From: a virus
Virus record (IMG/VR): IMGVR_UViG_3300027821_000007
Coordinates: 27,504-91,503 of that record
Length of the DNA stretch: 64,000 bases
Direction: 5' to 3' (one strand)
In this document: in pieces, positions 51,983-63,000 of the stretch
Layout of the letters: every line of letters begins with the position of its first letter
Position numbering within the stretch: the stretch's first letter is position 1
Program-made: the position numbers and the translations under genes
The notes under the pieces: generated by a model
What the model was told of the DNA's origin: nothing
Database searches by the model: none
The model's input: the letters and a program-made list of their open reading frames with translations, nothing else

Positions 51983-54900
51983 ATGAGCGGCAGCAGCGCC
52001 TCACTCTCGTTCGACATCGACTCTTCCGCCGCACAACGCGCTGTTTCCGTTCTCCAGACCCTGGTCCAGCAAGCCCAACTGACCGGGGCCGCCAGCAAGC
52101 AACTGGTCTCGAACTTCACCGACCTCTCCACCTCCTACAGCGCGAATGCCAGCGAACTGAGCAAGCTGGCCGACGCCACCAAGAGCTACGGCGGCACCCT
52201 CGAAGGACTGGTGACGCAACTCAATACGCTGCGCGGCGCGATGTCGGGCTCGCAGCAGGCGTTCGCCCAATACTCCCAGATGCTGACCCAGGCGCAGGGC
52301 TTCGCGCTGCAGATGCAAACTTCGGTCGAGGGCATCGACCGCTTCGTCAGCAAGGCCCAGCAACTCAACGTCACCAACGCCGACCTGGCAACCGGCTTGT
52401 CGCGCATCACCGCGGCGCTGCGCGGGCAAACCGCCGAGGGTAACCAGACCCGGGTGATGCTCGACCAGTTGAAGGTCAGCCTCGAGGGCATCCCGGTCAA
52501 CCGCGCCGACATGGTGCTCGACCGGATCAGGAACCAACTCGGCCAGTTCCGCGATTCGGAAGCCGGCTTGCGGGTCGCGCAGGGCATCTTCGGCAACCAG
52601 TTCTCCGGCGCCGACATGCTCCGCCTGGAGCGGCAACCCTACATTCCCGAACTCACCCGTCAGCGCGAGGCACGCGAGGCAAGCGTACGCGCGCTGATGG
52701 ACCAGCAGAATGTCAGCACCCAGCGGCAGGAGCAGACAAACCAACGGCGTCGCGACGAACTCGAGGACCTCGAGCGCAAATACAGCCTTACCGGCAACTT
52801 TTTTGGCCGGGCCGGGCTCTGGGGCCGTGGCTGGGCCACCCCCGACAACGAAGAACGCAGGGAATTCGCGCGCATCCAGGGCCTGCCGCCGGAAGAGCGC
52901 GCCCAGTACGAGAAATACTACAACCGGTTTGCTGAGTTCTCCGAAAACAACACGGTCACCAACCTCTTCCGCCACCTGACGCAGGGCCAGTACGGCCAAA
53001 ACGAGCAGGAAATCCGGAGTCGCCAAGGCAGAGAAAAGGAAGACAGCCTCTTCGGCGCGTTCTTCAACCGCCTGGGACGCGACGCCCAGAACCTCGTCAA
53101 CGCTTACGAACCAAAGCCACAAGAAGACACGCGGCCGCTCTCGGCAGCCGAGATCTGGCAGCGACGCACCGACGCCGCCGGGGTTCTCGGCCCGCTCGGC
53201 CAGACCCGGCCGGAGCAGATCCTCGGCGTCGAAGGCATCCTCAAACTAACCGACGACCCCCGCGGCAAGGTCGCGGGGGCCTACGCGCAATCATTCGGCG
53301 GCGCTGAAGAAGGCGAACGGCAGCGCCAGTTCGACATTTCGCGGCTGGAGCGGTCGCGACGCATCCTGCAACGCCCCGAGGAAGCGGCGCTCGAGCAGGG
53401 GCAGATCTCCGAATACCTGATGGGACTGGATCCCAACCAGCGCCAGCGGGCCCAGGAAGCGATCCAGTATTACCAGCAGATACGCCCCGGCCAGCCGGTC
53501 ACCCTGCGGCGCGGCCAGGGCCTCGACGCCGCCCTGCAGCTTGACGATCGCTCGAACCGCGGCCGCGTCGAGCAAACGATCGAACAGCTCACCCATCAAC
53601 AGCGGATGCAGCAGACTTTCCAGCCACAGCACGAGGCTGTGCAGGAACAGATCGAACTGCAGAACCAGCTTGCCGTGGCGATGGAGAAAGGCCAAAGCGC
53701 CGCCGAGGACCTGCTGCGCGCCGACACCGCCTACAAGGCGGCCCTCAAAGTCAGCGGCGATCCGGTGCGCGCCGACGCAGCCGCGTTCGACGCGCTCTCC
53801 GTGGCGATGTCGCAACGCATCACCCAGGGCCGCGCCCTGGTTTCGCAGATCACCGCCGAAACCGCGGCGGTCAACCAGCGCGCCACCGACGCCCAGCGTT
53901 TCGCCGGGGCCGACCCGATCGCGCGCCAGGCCTACGCCCTGGCCAGCGGCGTCGAGGCCGACATCCTGCAGCGCAAGCGCAGCGGCCAGTTGCCCTCCGG
54001 TGAAGGCGCCTACACGCCGCGGAACCAGTACGGCGTCGAGATCGGGAAAGAGGTCAGGCTCACCAGCGACCAGGCCAGAGCCACCGAGGAAGCCTACCGT
54101 CGCGAAAGCTACCAACTGTTCGGCGCCCAGGCGGCAGAGCAGGCCGGCCGACTTCGCGGCGCCGTCCAAAGTCGCCAGGAAGGCAACATCCAGGTCCAGG
54201 GCCTGCTGGACCAGGGCGTGCCGATGCAGCAGGCCCAGCAACGGGTCCAGCTTCAGCAGGAGTACCAGAAAGCCTCGGCCATGGCCCTGGCTTCGCTCGA
54301 GGCCGCGTTACGCATCGAAGGCGAGGAGGGCGAAAAAGCCAAGGCAACCGCCGAGGCCAAGGTCCGGCAGGTCGACGCGGAACAGCGCATCGCCGAGGCG
54401 CTGCAGAAGCAGTCGGGCATCATCGAGGCGATGAACCAGTTGCACGAGAAAAGCCGGCAACTGGCGGAACAGACCGCGGCCACGATCGCCGGCACGGCTT
54501 TGCCGCCCTGGATGCGCGGCTTCGGCGACGAACTCAGCAGGATACTCCAGACCTTGACCCAGGCTGGTCAGATGCCCGGCCCGACGCTGACCGGCGGCGG
54601 CGCGCGGGCTTCGATCACCGGCATCTATGGCATCATCGCGGGCCCCGAAAGCGGCGGCGGCCGCGCGGGCTTCGGTTCCAATATCGTGCAGAAAGAGGGC
54701 CGGTATGGCGACGCGCCGGCCGAGGGCTACATGCAGATCGAGCCCAGCACCTGGCGGGATTTCGCGCCGAAAGCCGGGGTCGATCTCAAACAATATCCTT
54801 CCGCGCTCACCGCTCCGCCCGACGTGCAGATGCAGGTGGCCTCGAAAATCCCCGGCGCGCGCTGGGGCAACGCCGCGCGCGAGGCCCTGCTCAGGGCCCA

Positions 54901-57610
54901 TCCCGGCGTCAACCTGAATTTGCCATTGGGCCAGATCGCTACCTCGGTTGGCGAGCCCGAATTGCCGACGGTTACCCAACTCACTCCGGGCACACCGGTA
55001 ACCTCGACCCCAGCTCCCGCCGGTGGCGCGACCGGCGGCGGCACGGGCGGGGCGGATCCAAACGACATCCTGACCCCCGAGGATGCGGCCGACGCTTACA
55101 GGATCATAACGCGCGGCGGCGATATCCAGCCAAACTGGCGCAACAAGACCCCCAGGCTGATCGGGGAAATAAACGCCGTCGCGCAACGACTGAAGGCGAA
55201 CAACCTCGCTACCGGCCAACGCACGCTCCAGGGACTGAAGGACGCCCTCGACGCCGAGGTCCAGACCTCGAACCGGCGCATCGCGCTGGGCAACCAGCCC
55301 GGTGAAGCGCAGCGGGTCATCACCCCCGATGTAAACCAACTGCCGGAGTTGCAGGGTCCGACCACCGCTCTGGAACGCCGGCGGGTCATTCAGGGACAAA
55401 CCCAGGAACAGCGCCTGACCGAGGCGCAAACCCAGACCGCGATCGGAGACCAGCAGCGCATCCAGCAAACCTATACCGGCACGCTCGCGGAGCAGACCGA
55501 GAAGCTGCGTGCGCTGAACGCGCAGATGCAGGTCGAGGCCGAAGTGCGCCAGCGCGGCAGCGGCATCGTCGACGAGCAGGCGCGCAAACAGCAACTCCTC
55601 AACCTGGCGAAAGCCCAGGAATTCACCCAGTCCCAGGCCCAGGCCAAGAGCGACCTGGAAGGCATGCAGCGCAGCCAGCAGGTCCAGAACGCGCTCAACG
55701 CGGCCGGCCCGTTCGCCGATCCGCTCGAGCTCGACCGCACCAGGCGCTACACCGAACTGGCGCAAAGGTTCTCCAAAGAACCCGGGCTGCAGGATTCGCA
55801 GGCCGGCAAGGATCTGATCCGCGCCAACCAGGAGCAGGACGCGCTCAACGAACGCACCAGGTCGATGCAGGAATACCGCGACGCGGCCCAGAGTGCGGCA
55901 CACGCGATTTCGGGCTCGTTCGAGAGCGTGCTCACCGGCTCGCAAACCGCCGGCGAAGCGGTGCTCGGCCTCGGCAACGCGCTGCAGAAGATCGCCATCC
56001 AGACCTTCATCACCAAGCCGTTCGAAAAGGCGATGCAGGGCCTGTTCAACTCGATATTCGGCAGCGACACGCCCGAGAAGGGCAGTGCCGGGGATTCGCA
56101 AGGACCGGGCGGCGGCGTTTACGACATCCTCGGCACGCTCAAGAAGGCTTCCAATCAAGCCTTGAGCGGCGGCGGTGGTGGCGGGGGCGGCGGAGGCGGT
56201 GGCGGCGGCGGGGGCGGCGGGGGCGGCAGCAGCGGAAGCGGCACCTCGGATTACGGCATGCTCGGCCGCGTCGGCAGTTGGATCGGCAACCTGTTCAGTT
56301 CCGGCAGCGGCGACAGCGGCACCAGCACCAGCGGCGGCACCTGGGGCACCGGCGGGGCGGTCGCCGGCAGCAAGCAAACCGCCGGCAGCTACGCTACTGC
56401 TACGGAACAATACGCCGCCGAGGGCGGCGGAATGGCCGGCGGCACTACCGCCGACATGAGCGGCGGCGGCACCTGGGGCTTTGGCGGCATCGCCGCCACC
56501 GCCACAGACGCAGTCGTCGGCCTCTACAACGGCGCCGAGGAACGCCCCGACGGCAGCGGCGCCAGCGATGGTCTGTCGGTCGGCGGCGGTCCGCGCCTCA
56601 GTGCGGCCGACGACAAGAGCGGCACCAGCTACGTGCCGTCGTGGCAGCGCGACAGCCAGACCAAGCCCTTCGCCGCCACCACCGGCGGTGGCGGGGGCGG
56701 GGGCGGCGGGGGCCTCTTCAGTGGCATAAGCAACCTGTTCCAGGGCGGCCTGCTCCAGCGCATCATGCAGCACGCCGGCGGCTTCACCGGCTGGAGCACC
56801 GACAAGCTGTTCGGCGAGGGCACCTACAAGGCCGGCGGCCTGATCGGCCGATACATCCTCGGCAACCCGGTCAAGGGAACCGGCGGTGCCACCGATTCAC
56901 TCAGCGGCAGCCCGCGCGCCTCGATCGGCAGCGGCCCAGGCAACCGCCTCGAAGGCTCCAACATCTATGGCGGCGGCGGAAGATACTACGGCACCGAGAG
57001 CACCGCGGACTCAGGCTTCTACGACAGCTCCTACGACGTCGGCGGCGCCTACAAGAGCAGTTTTAGCGGGGATTACGGCGGCGGGGATTTCGGCGGCGGC
57101 GAGGGCGGCTGGACCGACGTGCCAACACCCAGCATGGCCGGCGATTTCAGCGGCGGCATGGGCGGCATGGGCGGCGATTTCGGCATGGGCGGCGGCATGG
57201 GCGGCGGCTTCGGCGACTTTGGCGGCGGCGGCGCCACCTTCGCGCCCACCGGCATCTACGCCAAGGGCGGCGTGCCCGGCCTGCGCCGTTTCGCCAATGG
57301 CGGCGTGACCAACCTTTCCAGCCTGCGCAACTCCGTCGTCGAGGCCCCGACGGTATTCCGCTTCGCCGGCGGCCAGGGCATCGCCGGTGAGGGCGGCAGC
57401 GAGGCGATCCTGCCATTGCGCCGCGACGGCTCCGGCCGGCTCGGCGTCTCGGCCGGCAATTTCGGCGGTGGCGGGGGTGGCGGGGATGTTCACAACCACA
57501 CCTGGAACGTCAGTACGCCTGACGCGCAGAGCTTCATGGCCTCGCGCGACCAGGTCCAGAACCACATGAACACGGCGATGGCCCGGGCGCGCGCGAGGAG
57601 CATTCCGTAA
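51983..57610 (+). CDS. tape measure protein with a lysozyme-like (Rpf/SLT) domain
   Basis: Long Q/A/E helical protein; ESGG...GYMQI.PSTW domain; C-terminal AKGGV...GEGGSEAILPLRR..SGRLGV. Confidence 0.9.
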   Translation: MSGSSASLSFDIDSSAAQRAVSVLQTLVQQAQLTGAASKQLVSNFTDLSTSYSANASELSKLADATKSYGGTLEGLVTQLNTLRGAMSGSQQAFAQYSQMLTQAQGFALQMQTSVEGIDRFVSKAQQLNVTNADLATGLSRITAALRGQTAEGNQTRVMLDQLKVSLEGIPVNRADMVLDRIRNQLGQFRDSEAGLRVAQGIFGNQFSGADMLRLERQPYIPELTRQREAREASVRALMDQQNVSTQRQEQTNQRRRDELEDLERKYSLTGNFFGRAGLWGRGWATPDNEERREFARIQGLPPEERAQYEKYYNRFAEFSENNTVTNLFRHLTQGQYGQNEQEIRSRQGREKEDSLFGAFFNRLGRDAQNLVNAYEPKPQEDTRPLSAAEIWQRRTDAAGVLGPLGQTRPEQILGVEGILKLTDDPRGKVAGAYAQSFGGAEEGERQRQFDISRLERSRRILQRPEEAALEQGQISEYLMGLDPNQRQRAQEAIQYYQQIRPGQPVTLRRGQGLDAALQLDDRSNRGRVEQTIEQLTHQQRMQQTFQPQHEAVQEQIELQNQLAVAMEKGQSAAEDLLRADTAYKAALKVSGDPVRADAAAFDALSVAMSQRITQGRALVSQITAETAAVNQRATDAQRFAGADPIARQAYALASGVEADILQRKRSGQLPSGEGAYTPRNQYGVEIGKEVRLTSDQARATEEAYRRESYQLFGAQAAEQAGRLRGAVQSRQEGNIQVQGLLDQGVPMQQAQQRVQLQQEYQKASAMALASLEAALRIEGEEGEKAKATAEAKVRQVDAEQRIAEALQKQSGIIEAMNQLHEKSRQLAEQTAATIAGTALPPWMRGFGDELSRILQTLTQAGQMPGPTLTGGGARASITGIYGIIAGPESGGGRAGFGSNIVQKEGRYGDAPAEGYMQIEPSTWRDFAPKAGVDLKQYPSALTAPPDVQMQVASKIPGARWGNAAREALLRAHPGVNLNLPLGQIATSVGEPELPTVTQLTPGTPVTSTPAPAGGATGGGTGGADPNDILTPEDAADAYRIITRGGDIQPNWRNKTPRLIGEINAVAQRLKANNLATGQRTLQGLKDALDAEVQTSNRRIALGNQPGEAQRVITPDVNQLPELQGPTTALERRRVIQGQTQEQRLTEAQTQTAIGDQQRIQQTYTGTLAEQTEKLRALNAQMQVEAEVRQRGSGIVDEQARKQQLLNLAKAQEFTQSQAQAKSDLEGMQRSQQVQNALNAAGPFADPLELDRTRRYTELAQRFSKEPGLQDSQAGKDLIRANQEQDALNERTRSMQEYRDAAQSAAHAISGSFESVLTGSQTAGEAVLGLGNALQKIAIQTFITKPFEKAMQGLFNSIFGSDTPEKGSAGDSQGPGGGVYDILGTLKKASNQALSGGGGGGGGGGGGGGGGGGGGSSGSGTSDYGMLGRVGSWIGNLFSSGSGDSGTSTSGGTWGTGGAVAGSKQTAGSYATATEQYAAEGGGMAGGTTADMSGGGTWGFGGIAATATDAVVGLYNGAEERPDGSGASDGLSVGGGPRLSAADDKSGTSYVPSWQRDSQTKPFAATTGGGGGGGGGGLFSGISNLFQGGLLQRIMQHAGGFTGWSTDKLFGEGTYKAGGLIGRYILGNPVKGTGGATDSLSGSPRASIGSGPGNRLEGSNIYGGGGRYYGTESTADSGFYDSSYDVGGAYKSSFSGDYGGGDFGGGEGGWTDVPTPSMAGDFSGGMGGMGGDFGMGGGMGGGFGDFGGGGATFAPTGIYAKGGVPGLRRFANGGVTNLSSLRNSVVEAPTVFRFAGGQGIAGEGGSEAILPLRRDGSGRLGVSAGNFGGGGGGGDVHNHTWNVSTPDAQSFMASRDQVQNHMNTAMARARARSIP

Positions 57611-58266
57611 TGGGCATCTCCTTCGACGAAGTGCAGTTCCCGCCCGATATTTCCCAGGGTGCGGTCGGCGGCATGCGGTTTTCCACCAGCGTCGTGACGC
57701 TGTCGTCAGGCTCCGAACAGCGCAACATCAACTGGGGCAAATCGCGCGGCAAATGGGACGTCAAGCACGGGCTGAAAACCCAGATGCAGATCGAAACCCT
57801 GATCGATTTTTTTGCCGCCCGGTACGGTCGCGCCTACGGATTTCGCTTTCGTGACTGGATCGATTATCGTGTGCCCCGCTGGCAATACGCCCCCGGCGAC
57901 CTGCTGCCGATCCCGGTGATGTTCATCACCAACGCCAACAGCAAGGTCTTTCAGATCGTTAAGACCTACGGCGACGGCAGTCGCGTCTATACCCGCAACA
58001 TTACCAAGCCGGTGTCGGGCAGCGTTCGCGTGATGGTCAACGGCATCGAGGTGTTCCAGCCGCGCTGGTCCGTCAACACCACCAACGGCCTGATCACGCT
58101 CAACGACAATGCGATCTGGGGCGTCGCCAACAACCAGATCGGCGTCGCCTGCGAATTCGACGTGCCGGTGCGCTTCGACGTCGACCAGATGCAGGCCACC
58201 ATCACGACGACTGAAATCTACTCCTGGGATTCGATCCCGGTCGTCGAAATCCGGGAAATCTCCTGA
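57610..58266 (+). CDS. distal tail protein (DUF2460, GTA-like)
   Basis: FDEVQFPPDIS.GA.GG..FST.VV...SGSEQRN..W, FF.AR.GRAYGFRFRDW.D, FDVPVRFD. Confidence 0.9.
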   Translation: MGISFDEVQFPPDISQGAVGGMRFSTSVVTLSSGSEQRNINWGKSRGKWDVKHGLKTQMQIETLIDFFAARYGRAYGFRFRDWIDYRVPRWQYAPGDLLPIPVMFITNANSKVFQIVKTYGDGSRVYTRNITKPVSGSVRVMVNGIEVFQPRWSVNTTNGLITLNDNAIWGVANNQIGVACEFDVPVRFDVDQMQATITTTEIYSWDSIPVVEIREIS

Positions 58267-59630
58267 TGCCGAAAAACTCCGTCGACAGCACGATGAAAGC
58301 CCACCTCGCCCAGGGGGTGACCACCCTGGCGGCGTGCTGGCACATCGTGCGCACCGACGGCGCACAGTTCGGCTTCACCACCTTCGACGTCGACATCGTG
58401 GTTGAGGGCATCACCTACCTGTCGACCGCGGGGTTCTCGCAGACCGCGATCCAGTCGGGCTCGACCGGCCAGATCGACAACCTCAACGTGATGGGGTTTT
58501 TCAGCGACAGTCCCGGCGGGGTCACCGAGCGCGACGTCAAGAACCGCATGTTCGACTACGCCCGGGTCTACCTGTTCTTCATCAACTGGAAATCCCCGGG
58601 CTTCACGCCGATCCGCATGCGCACCGGCTGGCTGGGCGAGACCGTGGTCTCGCCGAACGGTACCTTCTCGGCCGAACTGCGCGGCCTGACCCAGGCGCTG
58701 GTGCAGGAGTTGGGCAATTTCTACTCGCCGCTGTGCCGGGCCGATCTCGGTGACAGCAAGTGCAAGGTGCCGATCAAGCCGCAATACTGGCAAGCCGGCC
58801 AACTCGTCCCGGCCGGGTTCTACGTGCGCCCGACCAACCCGACCGACGAAGGACTGATGCAGGCGATCTTCAAAGCGAAGAACCAGGGCACCACCGGCCC
58901 GGGCGAGCCACCGTGGGCGATAACGGTCGGCGCCAACGTCGAGGACTTCCAGGTGGTCTGGGAATGCGTCCCCGCCTACCGCCAGATCGGCATCGTGCTC
59001 GGCGTCCTCGATCGCCACAGCTTCCACTCCAATCCGCTGTCCTATCCGGCCGGGGCGAGCTACGGGGCCACCGCCTCGATCATGACCACCAACAGCGTCT
59101 CGATCCGCACCCTCGTCGAGATCAGCGACGGCATCAACACCTGCACGGTCGAGTTCTTCACCGACACCAAGAAGGAGCAGGCGATCGGCCGTATCGCCGA
59201 CGTGCTGATCCACAGCAATCTCGCCCTTGCCGGCCTTGCCTGGATCGGCCCCAACGACCGGCCGATCGGTCTCACCATAACCATCGGCACCGGCCTTCGG
59301 GGCAGCGTCACCAAAAGCGGCGACATCCTCGGCGGCATCATCATCGAGAATTTCGGCGACCCCTATCTCGATGCCGGTTCGCTCGAGTGGATGACCGGCA
59401 ACAATACCGGCGTGTCGATGGAACTGAAAACCTACGACCCGGCCAGCAACACCGTTTCGATGTATCTCGGCATGATGATGCCGATCGCGATCAACGACAA
59501 GTTCTGGTACCACCCGGGCTGCGACAAGAGGCGCGATACCTGCCTGAAAAAATTCAACAATATCCTCAACATGCGCGCCGAGACCGACATCCCCGGCATC
59601 GACCGCATGCTGTCCTATCCGGACGCATGA
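58266..59630 (+). CDS. baseplate hub protein (DUF2163, GTA-like) with insertion
   Basis: TTLAACW.I.RTDG..FGFT, FSAELRGL, CRADLGD..C, PGCDKRRDTC..KFNN.LN. Confidence 0.9.
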   Translation: MPKNSVDSTMKAHLAQGVTTLAACWHIVRTDGAQFGFTTFDVDIVVEGITYLSTAGFSQTAIQSGSTGQIDNLNVMGFFSDSPGGVTERDVKNRMFDYARVYLFFINWKSPGFTPIRMRTGWLGETVVSPNGTFSAELRGLTQALVQELGNFYSPLCRADLGDSKCKVPIKPQYWQAGQLVPAGFYVRPTNPTDEGLMQAIFKAKNQGTTGPGEPPWAITVGANVEDFQVVWECVPAYRQIGIVLGVLDRHSFHSNPLSYPAGASYGATASIMTTNSVSIRTLVEISDGINTCTVEFFTDTKKEQAIGRIADVLIHSNLALAGLAWIGPNDRPIGLTITIGTGLRGSVTKSGDILGGIIIENFGDPYLDAGSLEWMTGNNTGVSMELKTYDPASNTVSMYLGMMMPIAINDKFWYHPGCDKRRDTCLKKFNNILNMRAETDIPGIDRMLSYPDA

Positions 59631-60061
59631 GGATGACCCGCGACGAAATCGTCTTCCAGGCGCGCCAATGGCTTTACGTGCCGTTCGTGCATCGCGGCCG
59701 CACCGAACGCGGCCTCGACTGCCTCGGCCTCGGCATCGTCGTGGCGAAATATTTCGGGGTGCCGCACGAGGACATGCCGGACTACTCCCATCAGCCGCAT
59801 CCGCGCCGCCTGGTGCTGACCACGATGCGCAAATGGCTCAAGCCGATGTCGCTCACCGGCAACCTCACCGGCTGCATCGGGGTGTTCGCCCAGGTCAAAT
59901 TGCCCTGTCATGTCGGCTTCTTCACCATGAAGGAGTACCGGCCGCACATCCTGCACGTCCGGATCGATGCCGGGGTGGCCGAGGAACCCTACGACGACAA
60001 CCCGGTCACCCGGTCGCTGCGCGCGATCGACGTGCTGGCTTTCCCCGACATGGAGATCTGA
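59627..60061 (+). CDS. NlpC/P60 tail peptidase (GTA-like)
   Basis: AR.WL.VPFVHRGR...GLDCLGL, HVG, ILH; start 59627 or 59633. Confidence 0.85.
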   Translation: MRMTRDEIVFQARQWLYVPFVHRGRTERGLDCLGLGIVVAKYFGVPHEDMPDYSHQPHPRRLVLTTMRKWLKPMSLTGNLTGCIGVFAQVKLPCHVGFFTMKEYRPHILHVRIDAGVAEEPYDDNPVTRSLRAIDVLAFPDMEI

Positions 60062-60064
60062 ACC

Positions 60065-63000
60065 ATGGGCTCGCAGATGGGAGCCCAGGTCGGCACGTCA
60101 GCTCTGAGCATGGCCGGCGGCTATATCGGCGGCATGGTGGGCGGGCCGTTCGGTTCCATGATCGGCTCCCTGGCCGGCGGCATCATCGGCTCGCTGATCT
60201 TCGGCCGCGCCAAGGCCAAGCCGCTGGTCCCCGACGTCCAGATCATGAACTCGAGCTACGGCAAGCCGATCCCCATCGTGTGGGGAACGATGCGGCTGCC
60301 GGTCAACATGATCTGGCAGGGCCCGATCTCCACCCACGAGCATACCGTCGGCAAGGCCTTCGGCACGATCGCCTACAACTACAACCAGAGCGTGGCACTG
60401 GCGGTTTGCGAAGGGCCGGTGACGTTCAAGAAGCTCTATCTCGATGGCAAGCTATTCATGGACTGGACCGCGCTGTTCCCCGAGGACCAGTGCAAGTACC
60501 GTTTCACCATCCGCACCTACCCCGGCGACGAGGCCCAACTCCCCGACCCGAAAATGGTGAAATGGGTGCAGGAGAACGTCATTCCGGGCGCCTCGTGCCC
60601 GGCCTATCGCGGCCTTGCCTACATGCTCTACGACGAGGCCGATATGTCGCATTTCGGCAACCGCATGCCGCAATCGACGGTCATTGTCTCGACCACGGCC
60701 GAGAGCTACACCGCCTGGAAGATCCTCGCGCGTCACACCACGAAATGGTGGAGCAACTACCGCACCGCGGTCGACTGGGATCGCGGCATGGTGTTCTGCC
60801 TCTACTACCCCCGCAGCGTCTACGACAACCTGTTCTCCTACGTTAATTGGGGGGTGATAACCTACAGCATCTACACGATGTCCGAGGTGTTGTCGGCCGA
60901 CTACGACCGGATCTTCTTCGAGGGCGGCCTGCTGCCAACCGCCCTCGGCCCGCAATTCGAGGCGGACTGGATTGCCGGCGGCCCGTCCGGAATGGTCTAT
61001 GTCGCCGGCCATAACGGCGTGCACAGCGCCCTGATCACCATCCAGCCGGGACCGATGACGTTCAGCGGCGCCTACACCCTCATGGTGCCGCGCACCGCGC
61101 CCGACCGCTACTACACCTGCAACGGCATCGCCGTTTACGGCCAGGGCAACTCGACCGCCGGCGTGTCCGACATGATCGTGGGCGTGCTCAGCGGACCCGG
61201 CGTGTTCCTGATCGACCCGCTGGGAATGCTCATCAGCAACCCGTATCCGGTCGAGTATCCGAACGGATACCACGAGTTCCAGTTGGGCAACGACGACCAG
61301 ATCTCCGGTACCCGCCAGCTCTGGATCCTCAACGGCTACGGGGGGAGTGTCGACCCGCTCTACCGAGTGTTGCTGTACACCGACATCATCGCCGGCCAGG
61401 ACCCGTCGGTGCAGGGCTCCTCGGGCAACTTCAAGCTGACCGGCACCATCAACCTCGCGGACTGGGGCGAACCGCTGATCACCAGCGTCAGCATGAGTTG
61501 GCGGACATTCTATTACGCCACCGATGACAGCATCATCATCGATGCCGGCGGCCAGAATTACATAAAATGGTCATCCCTGACGGGCGTCGGCTGGACCGGC
61601 CGCGGCGCCGGGCTGGGCTGGACCAACCGCTACGCCGACACCACGCTGGGCTACATCCCGCTCACCGGCGGCGGCCTGTTTCAGATCTTCTTCGACGGCG
61701 ACCACCTGTTCATCGACATCGACATGGCGACCGGCCGGGTCACCGAAAGCCCGGTCCGCACCGAAGAAGCCTACAACAACATCCACTGGGCGAACTCCGC
61801 CGCCGGGGTCAATTCCAACTCCTACGGCAATTACGTCGCCTACGTCGCCTCGAACGTGGGAGGCTTCGCCGCCGCCGGCGCGGGCGAGCTCGTGGTCGCC
61901 TACATGTTCCGGGTGGACGACAGGAACGCCGTGCCGGTCGCCACCATCATCCGCGACATCTGCCACCGGGTCGGCATGACCGACGAGATGCTGGACCTCA
62001 ACCTGGTCACCCAGACGACGCGAGGCTATTGCATCCAGGAACTGAAATCGGCCGGCGCGGCAATCGCGGACCTCTGCCACGTCTACCAGATCGATATGAT
62101 CGAGAGCGACTACACGCTCAAATTCATCCCGCGCGGCCAGCCCTCGATGGTCACCATTCCGCAGCGCGACCTGGTCAGCCTCGACGAAAACGACCCGTCG
62201 CAGTTCTGGCGAGTCAAGGAAGCCCAGCAGCAGGAACTGCCGATGATCCTGTCGCTGCGGTTCCAGGACGTCGATCTGGATTTTCAGACCGGCGCCACCT
62301 ACGCCAAGCGCACCGAGGCGCCGGTGCCGACGGTGTGGTCGAAACGCCGCATGACCATCGACCTGCCGATAATCACCAACAATCTCGAGGCCACCCAGAT
62401 TGCCACCAAGTGGCTGTGGACGATGTGGGCCGAGCGCGACACGGTGCAGACGGTGCTGCCGTGGAAATATCTTTGGCTCGATCCGGCCGACAACGTCACC
62501 GTCAACATGGACAGCGGCGACATCTACGAGGTGCGCATCGAGGAGCAGCACATCGGCGCCGACCTGTCGATCCACATCAACGCCGCCTTCGAGGACAACA
62601 CCACCTACGAACTGCCGTCGACGATCAAGGGCGCCACCTACGGCAGCCTGCCGCAGACCGTCGCCCAGGCGCCGTTCGCCGATTTCCTGCAGTTCAACGT
62701 GCCGCTGCTGCAGGACAGCGACGACACCGGCGGGGTCTCAACGCGGATCTACTACGCCGTCGGCAGCACCGCGGGCAGTTGGATCACCGGCGAGATATTC
62801 CGCTCGACCGACAATTCCGCGACCTGGAACGACTACATCAACATCCCCTTCTCCGTGAACTGGGCCACCACGCTCGACGCGCTCGGCGACACCGCGGCGA
62901 AGTTCTCCACCGACTACCTCAACACCGTCACCATCATCCTGAACGGCAGCAGTACATTCCCGCTGAGCTGCACCTATGACCAGATGCTGCAGGGGACCAA

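Noticed and set aside
56167-56230. GGC-rich run as a regulatory repeat or G-quadruplex
   Set aside because: Explained by an in-frame poly-Gly linker in the tape measure.
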